Origin: an uncultured Candidatus Saccharibacteria bacterium
GTDB taxonomy: Bacteria; Patescibacteriota; Minisyncoccia; UBA6257; 1-14-0-10-44-23
Assembly (NCBI GenBank): GCA_964394435.1
Contig: CAYMXN010000001.1
Span: 43,739 to 107,738 of the forward strand
Direction of reading: 5' to 3'
Length of the DNA: 64,000 nt
Below are positions 28,939 through 38,509 of this stretch, one piece after another. A model generated the notes under the pieces. The model had not been told where the DNA came from. It was given only the letters and a program-made list of their open reading frames with translations, and searched no databases. A program made the translations under genes and the position numbers. Within the stretch, counting starts at the first letter, position 1; the number at the start of each line of letters is the position of its first letter.

Positions 28939-29003
28939 ACTTTTTTAGTCTTTTGAGGCGTGGTTATTTTACGCTATACTAATAGAGGTAACTTATTATA
29001 TCT

Positions 29004-30884
29004 ATGCATCAGCCATCTCAACCTGCGCCGGATAATAGCCAGAATGTTGTGTATTTTGCTCGCACTGATTTTCGAGGTGCGTCGAAACTTTTTGGTATAA
29101 AACGTAAGGATCGTCGGCAGCATATGTACGTAATCGGTAAAACCGGTACGGGCAAGTCTGCTTTTTTGCATAATTTAATTGCGCAGGATATTGCGAATGG
29201 TGATGGGTTGTGTGTGGTTGATCCACACGGTGAGTTGATTGAGGGGGTGCTTTCGATGATTCCAAGAGAACGCATTAAAGATGTGGTGTATTTTAATCCG
29301 GCGGACATCGATTACCATATGGGGTTTAATGTGCTCGAGCTTCCAGATCCTCGGTACAAGCACTTAGTCGCTTCGGGTCTTATGGGTATTTTTACAAAAA
29401 TCTGGAGCAATGTATGGAGTGCGCGTATGGAGTACATTATGAACAACGCGATTTTGGCTTTGCTTGATACTCCAAACACTACACTGCTTGGTATCCCGCG
29501 TTTGCTTGTCGATAAAAACTACCGGCAGCGTATTGTGAATAACGTAAAAGATCCGGTTGTCCGTGCATTTTGGGTTAACGAGTACGAGGAGTGGCAAGAT
29601 AAGTTTCGCTCTGAAGCTATCGCTCCAATTCAGAACAAGGTCGGACAGTTTTTGTCGACTTCGATTATTCGTAATGTCGTCGGACAGACGACGAGTACGA
29701 TTGATATTTTTGATATTATGAATAGTCGAAAAATCTTTTTGGTTAACGTGTCTAAAGGACGTATCGGTGAAGATAACTCGGCACTTTTAGGTGCGATGCT
29801 GATTACTAAGATTCAGCTTTCGGCGATGGAGCGCGTGCGTATTCCTGAAGACGAGCGTAAAGATTTTTATTTATATGTTGACGAGTTTCAGAACTTTGCG
29901 ACGGATTCATTTGCGAGCGTGCTCTCTGAAGCACGTAAGTATCGCTTAGACCTGATTATCGCTCACCAATATGTTGGTCAGCTCGTAACTGATGTTTCAA
30001 CAAAGGTACGTGATGCGGTATTTGGAAACACCGGTACGATGGTGGTGTTTCGGGTTGGTGCGGCTGATGCGGAGTTTTTAGAAAACGAGTTTGCACCTGA
30101 ATTTACTGTTGAGGACATTGTTAATCTTCCAAACTATCATATTTATCTCAAGTTAATGGTTGATGGGTTTACGGCACGACCATTTTCTGCTGCGACCATA
30201 GCGCCGTTTAAGAGTAGGGGTGGTTCGGCGGGGTTGGATGAGATTATTACCGCTTCTCGGCAGCGATATGCGCGTCGACGTGAGGATATTGAGGCGGCGA
30301 TTAACCGATGGGCGAGCGGTACGGGCGTAGAGGCTGAAGATGATGCGCCGCGTCGTTCAAATATTGATACAACAACTGCTTCGCCTGCTCCCGCACCAAC
30401 TCATACCGGGACTGCGAAAACTCAAAGCGCGGCGCCAGCTCGTTCGGGCGAGCGATCTTCTGATGAGATGACTATTGCGGTCTGCTCTTCGTGTGGTAAA
30501 GAGGCGAAGTTGCCGTTTAAGCCAACGCCGGGACGACCAGTGTATTGTTCGGATTGTATGAATAAGATTCAGAAGGGTGAGCTTAAGCCGGTTAAGTCGA
30601 TTAAGAAGCCAACTCAAGAACTTATGGATAAGGGGGTTTCTTCGCTCGCTTCGATTGGTATCGAGTTTGAGGCTCCGAAACAATCTCGGCCGGCGTCTTC
30701 TTCGCAGCCGCGCAACGATCAGCGCCTACATCAGCGAGCACGTGGCGGCGGAGGTACTCAAAAGAAAGAGGTTTCGCTTTCTGAACTCCATCCGCGTAAT
30801 GATAAGCCTAAGCTTAAGGAGGTGCAGAGCTCGGATATCGAGAAGATGAAGCAGCAGCTTTCGCAAGCCTCACATCAGCCATAG
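29004..30884 (+). CDS. TraD/VirD4-like P-loop ATPase paralog with disordered C-terminal extension and CxxC...CxxC zinc ribbon
   Basis: Walker A YVIGKTGTGKSAFL, Walker B LYVDEFQNF, IAHQYVGQ; C-terminal CSSCGKEAKLPFKPTPGRPVYCSDC; RBS gaggta. Confidence 0.6.
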   Translation: MHQPSQPAPDNSQNVVYFARTDFRGASKLFGIKRKDRRQHMYVIGKTGTGKSAFLHNLIAQDIANGDGLCVVDPHGELIEGVLSMIPRERIKDVVYFNPADIDYHMGFNVLELPDPRYKHLVASGLMGIFTKIWSNVWSARMEYIMNNAILALLDTPNTTLLGIPRLLVDKNYRQRIVNNVKDPVVRAFWVNEYEEWQDKFRSEAIAPIQNKVGQFLSTSIIRNVVGQTTSTIDIFDIMNSRKIFLVNVSKGRIGEDNSALLGAMLITKIQLSAMERVRIPEDERKDFYLYVDEFQNFATDSFASVLSEARKYRLDLIIAHQYVGQLVTDVSTKVRDAVFGNTGTMVVFRVGAADAEFLENEFAPEFTVEDIVNLPNYHIYLKLMVDGFTARPFSAATIAPFKSRGGSAGLDEIITASRQRYARRREDIEAAINRWASGTGVEAEDDAPRRSNIDTTTASPAPAPTHTGTAKTQSAAPARSGERSSDEMTIAVCSSCGKEAKLPFKPTPGRPVYCSDCMNKIQKGELKPVKSIKKPTQELMDKGVSSLASIGIEFEAPKQSRPASSSQPRNDQRLHQRARGGGGTQKKEVSLSELHPRNDKPKLKEVQSSDIEKMKQQLSQASHQP

Positions 30885-30923
30885 TTTTTTCCCCGGTATT
30901 TGGTAAACTTAATAGCGTACGTA

Positions 30924-32570
30924 ATGAATATTCCCTTTTTTAAAAAAATAACAGCTTCACGAGAGAGTAAGCGCGGACAAGGGCGTGTTGTTTTTCTTGG
31001 GAAATCGAAAAAATACAGTGAGTGGTCTAGTCGTATATTTGAATTTACTAAGCTGCATCCGGTTGAGCTAGGTGTTTTATTTGTCGCTGCCTTTTTAATT
31101 TACTCATTTACTGCTCGTGGTTCGGCTCTAGTTTTTCATCCAACTACGTGCGTAGGTGGTTGGCAAAATGCACAGAATGCTCAAGGAGCTCCTGAACTTA
31201 CGGTAGGTGCGGAGATTGATGAGTTTACTCCGACTAACTCTGCGTTATTTGTAGGCGGCGTACAGAGCATTGATTGTAGTGCGTTTTCTGGCATTCAGGC
31301 TCCAGAGGGAACGGCGATTGAGGCGTTAAGTTTGTCGTTTTCATTAGGTGTGAAAAAAGTTTCAATTTCTGCCAATCCAGAAGGAGAAAACCCAGCTCCG
31401 ATTGATGGTGGGGTCCAACTTATTCTTAATCCAGATGGATCTTCATCGGGCAGTCCAGCAGTTGAGTCTCCCGCTTCTTCGAACGAGCCGATCGTTTTGC
31501 CGGAGCAGTCGGTTACGCCCGTAGCTCCTGTTGAGGTTCCAGTTCAGACTCCGGTGCAATCAGAAGTCCCGACTCAACAGCAGGATGTGCCTGCAGAAGT
31601 TCCAGCTCAACAAAATGCGCCCGCACCTACTGAAAATGCGCCACAATCCTCGTGGTTTGTTCCGGTTGCATTAGCTCAAGAGGTGAGTGATAGTGTTCAG
31701 TCGATTGATATTGTACAGAGCTCATTGCCGCTTGGGCGCATCTCGTACTCATTCGATGGTTCGATTTGGTACGACCTTGGTACATTTGATGAAAAGAGTT
31801 TTGCTAACCTCGCGTATCAGATTCCGGTACTCCAGGGCTCAATGACTAGTGAAGCTTCGACGACTTCGCATGGTCCGGAGATTACCAGTTGGGCTGATTT
31901 AGCTCAATTACGTGTTCGCATTGATAGCGATGTACTTACGCTCGACACCCGCTATGAGGTGTATCTTGATGGTGTTTCAGTTGAGGCGTCGTATTCTGAC
32001 GTTCCTAAGGTCCCTGAAGCTACTCCGCAGCCTTCGGCGAGCGAACCTGTAGTCGCAGATTCTCAAGCGAGTACTACTAAGGCTGATCTCGTTGAGCAGC
32101 CAGTTGCTTTATTGCCAGAACAACTTCCTCTGATTAATCCAACCGAGAGTCCGTTTGCTTATATTCCATCTCGTGCGCTACGCCTTTTGACCGGACGGGC
32201 TATACAGAGCGTTATCTCGTTGCCGTGGCAAGATGTGAATGAGGCAAAAAAGCGTCTAAAAGAGCTTAGCGGTAGCGCTTCGGTTACATATGACGCAGAG
32301 CGTGAGGATATCGTTCTTGATGGTACGTGTAACGAAGAGTACTATGTCGTTTTGATTTTTAGAAAAGCCGATGACTATCAGAAGAATCCGAATACTGCGG
32401 TTTATAACTCCGCATCACAGTGTAGTGGTTCTTTCTCGGTTGCCCTTGGGCCAATCATTGAAAGTATCGGCAATCTCAAGGCAGGTACGTACCACATCTT
32501 AGTTGCTAGTCAGTCCGAGGGTGGTGGGTGGATTCCAATTTCTCCAATCGCTCCATTTCAGGTAGAATAA
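30924..32570 (+). CDS. membrane-anchored surface protein with Pro/Gln/Val-rich spacer and conserved C-terminal domain shared with 38510..39040
   Basis: TM LGVLFVAAFLIYSF; PVAPVEVPVQTPVQSEVPTQQQD linker; C-terminal EEYYVVLIFRKADDYQKNPNTAVYNSASQCSG. Confidence 0.5.
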   Translation: MNIPFFKKITASRESKRGQGRVVFLGKSKKYSEWSSRIFEFTKLHPVELGVLFVAAFLIYSFTARGSALVFHPTTCVGGWQNAQNAQGAPELTVGAEIDEFTPTNSALFVGGVQSIDCSAFSGIQAPEGTAIEALSLSFSLGVKKVSISANPEGENPAPIDGGVQLILNPDGSSSGSPAVESPASSNEPIVLPEQSVTPVAPVEVPVQTPVQSEVPTQQQDVPAEVPAQQNAPAPTENAPQSSWFVPVALAQEVSDSVQSIDIVQSSLPLGRISYSFDGSIWYDLGTFDEKSFANLAYQIPVLQGSMTSEASTTSHGPEITSWADLAQLRVRIDSDVLTLDTRYEVYLDGVSVEASYSDVPKVPEATPQPSASEPVVADSQASTTKADLVEQPVALLPEQLPLINPTESPFAYIPSRALRLLTGRAIQSVISLPWQDVNEAKKRLKELSGSASVTYDAEREDIVLDGTCNEEYYVVLIFRKADDYQKNPNTAVYNSASQCSGSFSVALGPIIESIGNLKAGTYHILVASQSEGGGWIPISPIAPFQVE

Positions 32571-32590
32571 CAACTGGTGCATTTTTCGAT

Positions 32591-33220
32591 ATGAAACCGA
32601 ATTTTAAATCACTTACTCAATCAAACATTATTCTTGTTGTCGACCCTCAAAAAACGGTCGCGCCCGAGAATCGTGATTTTGTTGACTTGTTTGGTCCCGC
32701 TGATTCTGCTGGCTCGCAGTTTGTAGATGATCCGGTTATTCGCTCAAAATTTATGGTTGTGCCGAAGCTTCAGCTTCGCGTTACTCTTGAAAATGTGCGC
32801 TTGCGCATCGACGATGATTCGAAGGCGCAGCCAGCTCAATCTATCTTGGTTCGTGAAGCTATGCGTGCCTATACAAAGCTCTTTAAGCAGGTTCAGCTTA
32901 CTGCGATCGGCTTTAATTTTGATATTATGTATCGATTTGAAAAAATGATTCCGACGGATTATCTTTTTAAACATTTCGCTGACGAGAAGCTTCTTAAAAA
33001 AGGTACGTTTTTTGATTTTGGTATTCAATTCGCCCTCGATCGTGAAGGGGGAAGGGCTCAAGAGGTTGTGTTTTTGAAGATGCCATCGGCTCTCGAGCTT
33101 GCCGTGCATTACAACTACCATCTTAATGCGCGCGAGCTACCAAAGAGCGAAAAACTTCAGCAGATTTTTGAAAAGGCATATGAACAAGTCGATGAGATTA
33201 TCGAGCATTTAAAGTTCTAA
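32591..33220 (+). CDS. hypothetical cytoplasmic protein (about 209 aa)
   Basis: Internal ATG of ORF 32528..33220; no motif recognised. Confidence 0.4.
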   Translation: MKPNFKSLTQSNIILVVDPQKTVAPENRDFVDLFGPADSAGSQFVDDPVIRSKFMVVPKLQLRVTLENVRLRIDDDSKAQPAQSILVREAMRAYTKLFKQVQLTAIGFNFDIMYRFEKMIPTDYLFKHFADEKLLKKGTFFDFGIQFALDREGGRAQEVVFLKMPSALELAVHYNYHLNARELPKSEKLQQIFEKAYEQVDEIIEHLKF

Positions 33221-33223
33221 TAT

Positions 33224-34684
33224 ATGTCTATCGTTGATAACAAAGTACAATTTGATCCGAAGTTGAAGCGTCGAAAGTTTGCGCTGGTGTTATTAACTGG
33301 TTTTGAGGTGGTTCTTACGTTTGCACTCTCGAGTGTTTTAGTTGTAGGGAGATGGCTCTCTCCGTCTTCTAGTGCTGCAGTTGGTGTGCCAAACAAGCTT
33401 TCGTATCAGGGGCGATTGACTGACACTTCGGGAAATGCTTTGGGTGGAAGTGGTACAAACTATTGCTTTCGATTTTCGCTGTATGACTCTGCGTTGGGTG
33501 GAAGTAAGATTTGGCCATCTGGTACGCCTGCCTCGTCGACCTTAAGTGTGGTAAACGGTGTTTTTAGTGCGACCATTGGTCAGGCGGACACGCTTGATTA
33601 TAATTTTTATGCAACTGATACGGTGTATTTAAATGTTGAGGTAAATACCTCTACCTCAACGTGTCACGCGGCTAACTTTGAGTCGATGACGCCACGTCAA
33701 CAGGTACTTGCGACGGGTTTTGCGATTACTTCGCAGAACGTGTACGGAAGTTTGCTAAAGACGGACATCTCGGCCTCTTCGGTGCAGATCGGAACAGGCT
33801 CGGGTAGCTCTGCTCCAAAGTTTTTAACGCTTGATGTCCAAAACACTGCTGCAACACTCGGATCTTCCTGCTCGGTCAATGGTCAGCTGTGGTACAACTC
33901 AAACGCTTCGAATACCCAGGCGCTTATTTGTGAAAATAGTGTTATTCGTCCAGTTACTGATCAGTTTGTTTTAAGCTTTTACCCAACAATCCCATTGCCA
34001 GTCGCCTCATCAACCAATAACAGCGGAACGACTGGCGCAGGAACAAACGTTACGGCTTCATTTCACGTTTCGCCGCTTGTGCTTGAACACGCTGTTTCTT
34101 TCTCGAGGGTTAATCTCTGGGTGTCGCATGTGACGATTGCGGGAACTGGGTCTGGATCTGTGGCTAAGTATGTTGGTATCTATACCCTAAATAGTGGTAC
34201 CGCCTTGTCTCGTCTCTCGTCGTTTATGTTTAGACAGGAGGTGAGCCAGAACAGTGTTACAGCACAGAGCCACCGTTTTTACTGGGGAACTAATAGTACT
34301 TCGAATAGTTCTTCTTCGGGAGGTAACATTTCAGCTAACTACGCTGGTGTTCGCGCACTTCCAATTTTTACGGGTAATACTTCATTGTCTGCAGGAAAGT
34401 ATTATCTTGTGCAGGCGATGGTAAACGTGAGCGCTGGTTCGAACATTGTCGCTTCGTATAATAATATGTATGTTTCTTTCTCGCAGACAACTGCTGCGCA
34501 GCTTGGTTCGGCGGTAACGACTGCTTTTAATCCTTTGCTTGGACAGTTTTCTTCGACTTCAACGTTTGGTGATTTAACTTCGCCTTTTATGCCGGCTTCG
34601 ATTCATACGAGCGTTATTACGAATACCGGTGGTACGAGTCAGTGGAAGTCGAATTTTATTCAGCTTATCGGCACCCAGCTTTAA
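33224..34684 (+). CDS. membrane-anchored Ser/Thr/Asn/Gly-rich surface protein (tail-fibre-like N-terminal motif SYQGRL)
   Basis: Signal-anchor ALVLLTGFEVVLTFALSSVLVV; low-complexity beta-rich composition. Confidence 0.5.
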   Translation: MSIVDNKVQFDPKLKRRKFALVLLTGFEVVLTFALSSVLVVGRWLSPSSSAAVGVPNKLSYQGRLTDTSGNALGGSGTNYCFRFSLYDSALGGSKIWPSGTPASSTLSVVNGVFSATIGQADTLDYNFYATDTVYLNVEVNTSTSTCHAANFESMTPRQQVLATGFAITSQNVYGSLLKTDISASSVQIGTGSGSSAPKFLTLDVQNTAATLGSSCSVNGQLWYNSNASNTQALICENSVIRPVTDQFVLSFYPTIPLPVASSTNNSGTTGAGTNVTASFHVSPLVLEHAVSFSRVNLWVSHVTIAGTGSGSVAKYVGIYTLNSGTALSRLSSFMFRQEVSQNSVTAQSHRFYWGTNSTSNSSSSGGNISANYAGVRALPIFTGNTSLSAGKYYLVQAMVNVSAGSNIVASYNNMYVSFSQTTAAQLGSAVTTAFNPLLGQFSSTSTFGDLTSPFMPASIHTSVITNTGGTSQWKSNFIQLIGTQL

Positions 34685-34687
34685 CGT

Positions 34688-35416
34688 ATGAAGCCGGCAG
34701 TTGTTTTTGAAAATCTTAACCTTGGTCTTCATAACGCTGACTTGGCAGCCTCTGCGGAGCGGTTAGCAAAAGGTAAGACATATCGTGATTTGTCGACGAT
34801 TATTTTGTGTCCTACGCGCGGTATGATCCCTGATCGCGTTGTTCAGTCTTGGATGGGTCTTATTAGGCCGATGAACCAAAAAGTTATCGGACCATTATTT
34901 ATTCGTGGGTATGAGGTTGGTGAGGCGTATAATATGGGGATACAAATGGTACTTTCTAATCCCGAGCTTTCGAAGTGGAAGTATATTTTGACCGTGGAAG
35001 AAGATAATATTCCACCTCCCGATGGGTTGATTCGTTTGTATGAGAGTATGGATGATTTTGATGTCGTGGGTGGCTTATATTGGACTAAGGGTGAGGGTGG
35101 TCAACCAATGATTTATGGCGATCCGGCGGTTGAGCCATTTAACTTTATTCCTCAACTGCCTAAGGCGAATACTGTCCAGCCGGCTAATGGGCTCGGTATG
35201 GGTTTTAATTTATGGAAGATTGAGATGTTTAAAGATTCTAGGCTTAAGCAGCCATGGTTTCAGACACTTAATGACTTGTATCCTGGGGAGGGTACGAAAG
35301 TATATACGCAAGATTTGTATTTTTTTGAGCACGCGAGTAAACTTGGATATAAATTTGCCTGTGATACACGCGTAAAGGTTGGGCACTATGACGCGGGCAT
35401 GGATATTGTTTGGTAG
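34688..35416 (+). CDS. putative glycosyltransferase (GT-A fold, GT2-like)
   Basis: ILCPTRG beta1, acidic EEDNIPPPD (DxD-like), VVGGLY, QDLYFFEHASKLGYKF pattern. Confidence 0.45.
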   Translation: MKPAVVFENLNLGLHNADLAASAERLAKGKTYRDLSTIILCPTRGMIPDRVVQSWMGLIRPMNQKVIGPLFIRGYEVGEAYNMGIQMVLSNPELSKWKYILTVEEDNIPPPDGLIRLYESMDDFDVVGGLYWTKGEGGQPMIYGDPAVEPFNFIPQLPKANTVQPANGLGMGFNLWKIEMFKDSRLKQPWFQTLNDLYPGEGTKVYTQDLYFFEHASKLGYKFACDTRVKVGHYDAGMDIVW

Positions 35417-35421
35417 CTTGT

Positions 35422-36387
35422 ATGCTTACAAAACTTTCTTTTCGTGAAAAAGTTTTAATCGCTGTTATTTGTATCATTCTTATTGTATTTTTCTGGGGTC
35501 ACGGCCCAAGGTATGCTCGGCATGAGTATCTTAGGAAAAATGATGAGTTTGGGCTTATTAATCCTTCGATCATCGCAAATATCGGGAAGCACTACATCAT
35601 TAACTTCAAGCCGTTACGTGGCCAGATCGAACAGATTATCGCCCGATATCCGCAAAAAACATTTGTGTATTTTTCGTATTTAAACAATGCTGCGTGGATA
35701 GGTATTAATGAGCGTGATGAGTTTGTTGCCGCCTCGACTATTAAGGTGCCTATCGCGATGTCGCTTTTAAAGGCGGCAGAAGAGGGTAGAATTGATCTTG
35801 CTAGTCGTTATACCCTTCAGCAACTTGACCTTGATGCTGGTTTTGGGGATTTGTATAAAACTGGCGTTGATGCTGATTTTTCTGTTGAAGAGTTGATGCA
35901 GATTATGTTGCGGCAGTCTGATAATACGGCGCTTAATGCTTTAGTTTCGGTATTTGAGCGAATCGGAATCTCTGATCCGCTTGAGGGAGTATATGGTGCT
36001 CTTGGTTGGGAGTTTACGCAGGCGATTCCGGAGTTTGGTCAAGCGATTGATTACTCGAATATCAACCTCAAGACTCTTTCAAACCTATTTTTGGCTTTAT
36101 ATGATGCGAAGTATGTTAACTTGGAGAATTCGCAGAAGATTTTACAGCTTTTGACCGAATCTCCTTTTAACGATCGGATAGCGAGTGGAGTTCCCGAAGA
36201 TGTTCCGGTTGCGCATAAAATCGGTACTGCGAGCGGTAAGGGTACTTTTTCGGATTGTGGAATTGTATATGCTCCAAGTCGGCATTATTTACTTTGCCTT
36301 GGTTCGAGCGGTGCGCGCGAGGAGGTAGCGACTAGATTTATGTCTGAAGTTTCTAAACTGGTTTATAACTATGTAATTAGTCACTAG
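35422..36387 (+). CDS. membrane-anchored class A beta-lactamase-like serine hydrolase
   Basis: N-terminal TM; STIK (SxxK), SDN, KIGT (KTG-like) motifs. Confidence 0.6.
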   Translation: MLTKLSFREKVLIAVICIILIVFFWGHGPRYARHEYLRKNDEFGLINPSIIANIGKHYIINFKPLRGQIEQIIARYPQKTFVYFSYLNNAAWIGINERDEFVAASTIKVPIAMSLLKAAEEGRIDLASRYTLQQLDLDAGFGDLYKTGVDADFSVEELMQIMLRQSDNTALNALVSVFERIGISDPLEGVYGALGWEFTQAIPEFGQAIDYSNINLKTLSNLFLALYDAKYVNLENSQKILQLLTESPFNDRIASGVPEDVPVAHKIGTASGKGTFSDCGIVYAPSRHYLLCLGSSGAREEVATRFMSEVSKLVYNYVISH

Positions 36388-36439
36388 GCGTAACGGTCGA
36401 TCCTAAAGTTTAATTTTAATACCATTATGGATAATTCAT

Positions 36440-36916
36440 ATGAATAAACGATTGCAGTTTTTAGTGTTTGTGTTTTTTGCTTTGCTTGTATCAGGGAGCG
36501 TTGTCTTTGCGGCCGTTAAGCTTGTAACTAATGAACAAAAGATAAAGACGTTAAAAGCAACATTTACTTATCAGGATTTTATCGATGCTCCAGTTGAGGA
36601 GGGGGCGATGGGTTACCTGAAGATTGCCGATTTGCCTGCAAATACGCAGATACTTTCGGCTTTTGTTAAGGTAGTAGATCCATTTCTAAGTATTAATGGC
36701 GAGGGTATGACTGTTGAGCCAAAAATTAAGAGTAACGAAAAAAGTATTGCACACGGAGCTTCTTTGACAGATGATGATAGTTTAAGTGATGGAAGTCTTT
36801 TCTCTGGCTATATCTCAAACGCTGACGAGGAGATTGTTTTGCGGTTTAATCCACAAGAGGCAGATCGTATCGTTGGTGGAAAGGCGAAGCTTTTTGTGAA
36901 CTATATCGAGCATTAG
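36440..36916 (+). CDS. small secreted protein (signal peptide), unknown function
   Basis: Signal peptide MNKRLQFLVFVFFALLVSGSVVFA. Confidence 0.45.
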   Translation: MNKRLQFLVFVFFALLVSGSVVFAAVKLVTNEQKIKTLKATFTYQDFIDAPVEEGAMGYLKIADLPANTQILSAFVKVVDPFLSINGEGMTVEPKIKSNEKSIAHGASLTDDDSLSDGSLFSGYISNADEEIVLRFNPQEADRIVGGKAKLFVNYIEH

Positions 36917-36942
36917 AATTTGTTTTAGTTGTTTTGGTTGGA

Positions 36943-36966
36943 CTACGCCCGCATATGCGGGCGTAG
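36943..36966. terminator. perfect palindromic hairpin ctacgcccgcatatgcgggcgtag (terminator-like)
   Basis: 12-bp stem; weak T-tract after. Confidence 0.4.
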
Positions 36967-37004
36967 TTGTTTGCTGGTGTTATTTCGGATATGATGATGT
37001 ACAT

Positions 37005-37070
37005 ATGAAACTTGATATCGCGTGTGGGTCAGGTAAGTATATAGGGTTAATATTCCCATATGAGAGATGA
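37005..37070 (+). pseudogene. 21-codon remnant duplicating the first 8 codons of the 37998 methyltransferase gene (MKLDIACG...)
   Basis: 37005-37028 is identical (24/24) to 37998-38021; the frame stops at 37068-37070, overlapping the start of the next gene. Confidence 0.6.
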
Positions 37071-37950
37071 TCGTTGGCTTGCTGATAAGAAAGAGATCGA
37101 AAGGGAGTATGGGAAGTGGGTTTCATATGAAATCGCGAATCAAGGGAGTGGCTTTTTTCTGCAAAAACCAACGAATGATTTTGAAACAACTCCTTTTGTA
37201 TTTATTGAACGAATTTTTCGATGTATCTCTGATATTTCAAAAAAATCAATTACGAAGATTACAGCTCTTGATCTAGGTTGTATGGAAGGAGTTGTTTCTC
37301 TTGCATTGGCTAGTTGGGGGATGCGTCGTGTCATTGGGGTTGATGCGCGAGAGTCACATATAGCTAAGGCTTTGTTTGCTAAGGATGTGCTCGGATTGAA
37401 GCGTGTTGATTTTTTTAAACGGGACGTGCGAGCATTACGTTTTGCGCCGGGAGAGTTTGATGTCGTATTAGCACTTGGTATTATTTATCATCTTGATGCG
37501 TCTGATATTTTTCGTCTTCTAAGTGATGCATTCAACTGGACGAACGAGATGCTTATCGTCGACACGCATATTAGTTTCCATCCTCGTGAGTGCGTTGAGT
37601 TTAATGGGCGTATGTATTGGGGTAGTTATTATGATGAGCCACAGGAGATGAGTCTAGATAGTAGTCAGTGCTATTATGCAGCTTCAGTGGGAAATAAGAG
37701 AAGTTTTTGGTTTACGCGCGCTTCACTACTTAATCTGTTGAGTGATATAGGATATACCGCTGTTTATGTGTGTGTGTTTCCTCGGGGTGGCATGGGGCGG
37801 GATAATGATGATCGATTGACTCTTATCGCAACTAAGGTTCCAGCGCTGCGCTCAACGATCTTTAGTCCTTCAAGTCTTGAAACAGTAGCTCGTTTTGAGG
37901 AGCGTGAGTTTGGCATGGTCGTGATTCATCCACTTAATAATCCCTCCTAG
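37060..37950 (+). CDS. class I SAM-dependent methyltransferase
   Basis: Motif I ITALDLGCMEGVVSLALA; post-I DVVLALGIIYHL. Confidence 0.65.
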   Translation: MRDDRWLADKKEIEREYGKWVSYEIANQGSGFFLQKPTNDFETTPFVFIERIFRCISDISKKSITKITALDLGCMEGVVSLALASWGMRRVIGVDARESHIAKALFAKDVLGLKRVDFFKRDVRALRFAPGEFDVVLALGIIYHLDASDIFRLLSDAFNWTNEMLIVDTHISFHPRECVEFNGRMYWGSYYDEPQEMSLDSSQCYYAASVGNKRSFWFTRASLLNLLSDIGYTAVYVCVFPRGGMGRDNDDRLTLIATKVPALRSTIFSPSSLETVARFEEREFGMVVIHPLNNPS

Positions 37951-37997
37951 TGGGTCGTTGGTTTGAGAAATAATTTTGATATGCTACTATCATCGCT

Positions 37998-38507
37998 ATG
38001 AAACTTGATATCGCGTGTGGGCAGAATAAACAAAAAGGGTTTAAAGGGGTAGATATTGCTCCGGGAGAGGGCGTGGATTTTGTTTGGGACCTTGAACAGT
38101 ACCCATGGACGCCTTTTAAAGATAACTCGTGCGATGAGATTGTTATTAGTCATTACTTAGAGCACGTAAAGGACTTCATGAAGTTTATGGATGAGGTCTA
38201 TCGTATCTGTCAAAATGGAGCGATTGTGAGGATTGTCTCGCCGTATTACACTTCGATTCGCGCATGGCAAGACCCAACGCATGTTCGGGCTATTTCTGAA
38301 GCTACTTTTTTGTATACGGATAAAAATTGGCGTACAGCTAACAAGCTTGATCACTATCCTATGAAGTGTAATTTTCAAGTTGTCAATATGGTCACTTTTA
38401 TTAATGAGCCATGGAATGTTAAGAGTGAGGAGGCGAAGCAATTTGCGGCGCGGCACTATTGGAACGTGGTCAGTGATATTCTCGTAGAGCTCAAGGCGAT
38501 TAAGTAA
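37998..38507 (+). CDS. class I SAM-dependent methyltransferase (small, Methyltransf_11/23-like)
   Basis: MKLDIACGQNKQKGFKGVDIAP motif I; CDEIVISHYLEHV. Confidence 0.65.
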   Translation: MKLDIACGQNKQKGFKGVDIAPGEGVDFVWDLEQYPWTPFKDNSCDEIVISHYLEHVKDFMKFMDEVYRICQNGAIVRIVSPYYTSIRAWQDPTHVRAISEATFLYTDKNWRTANKLDHYPMKCNFQVVNMVTFINEPWNVKSEEAKQFAARHYWNVVSDILVELKAIK

Positions 38508-38509
38508 TT

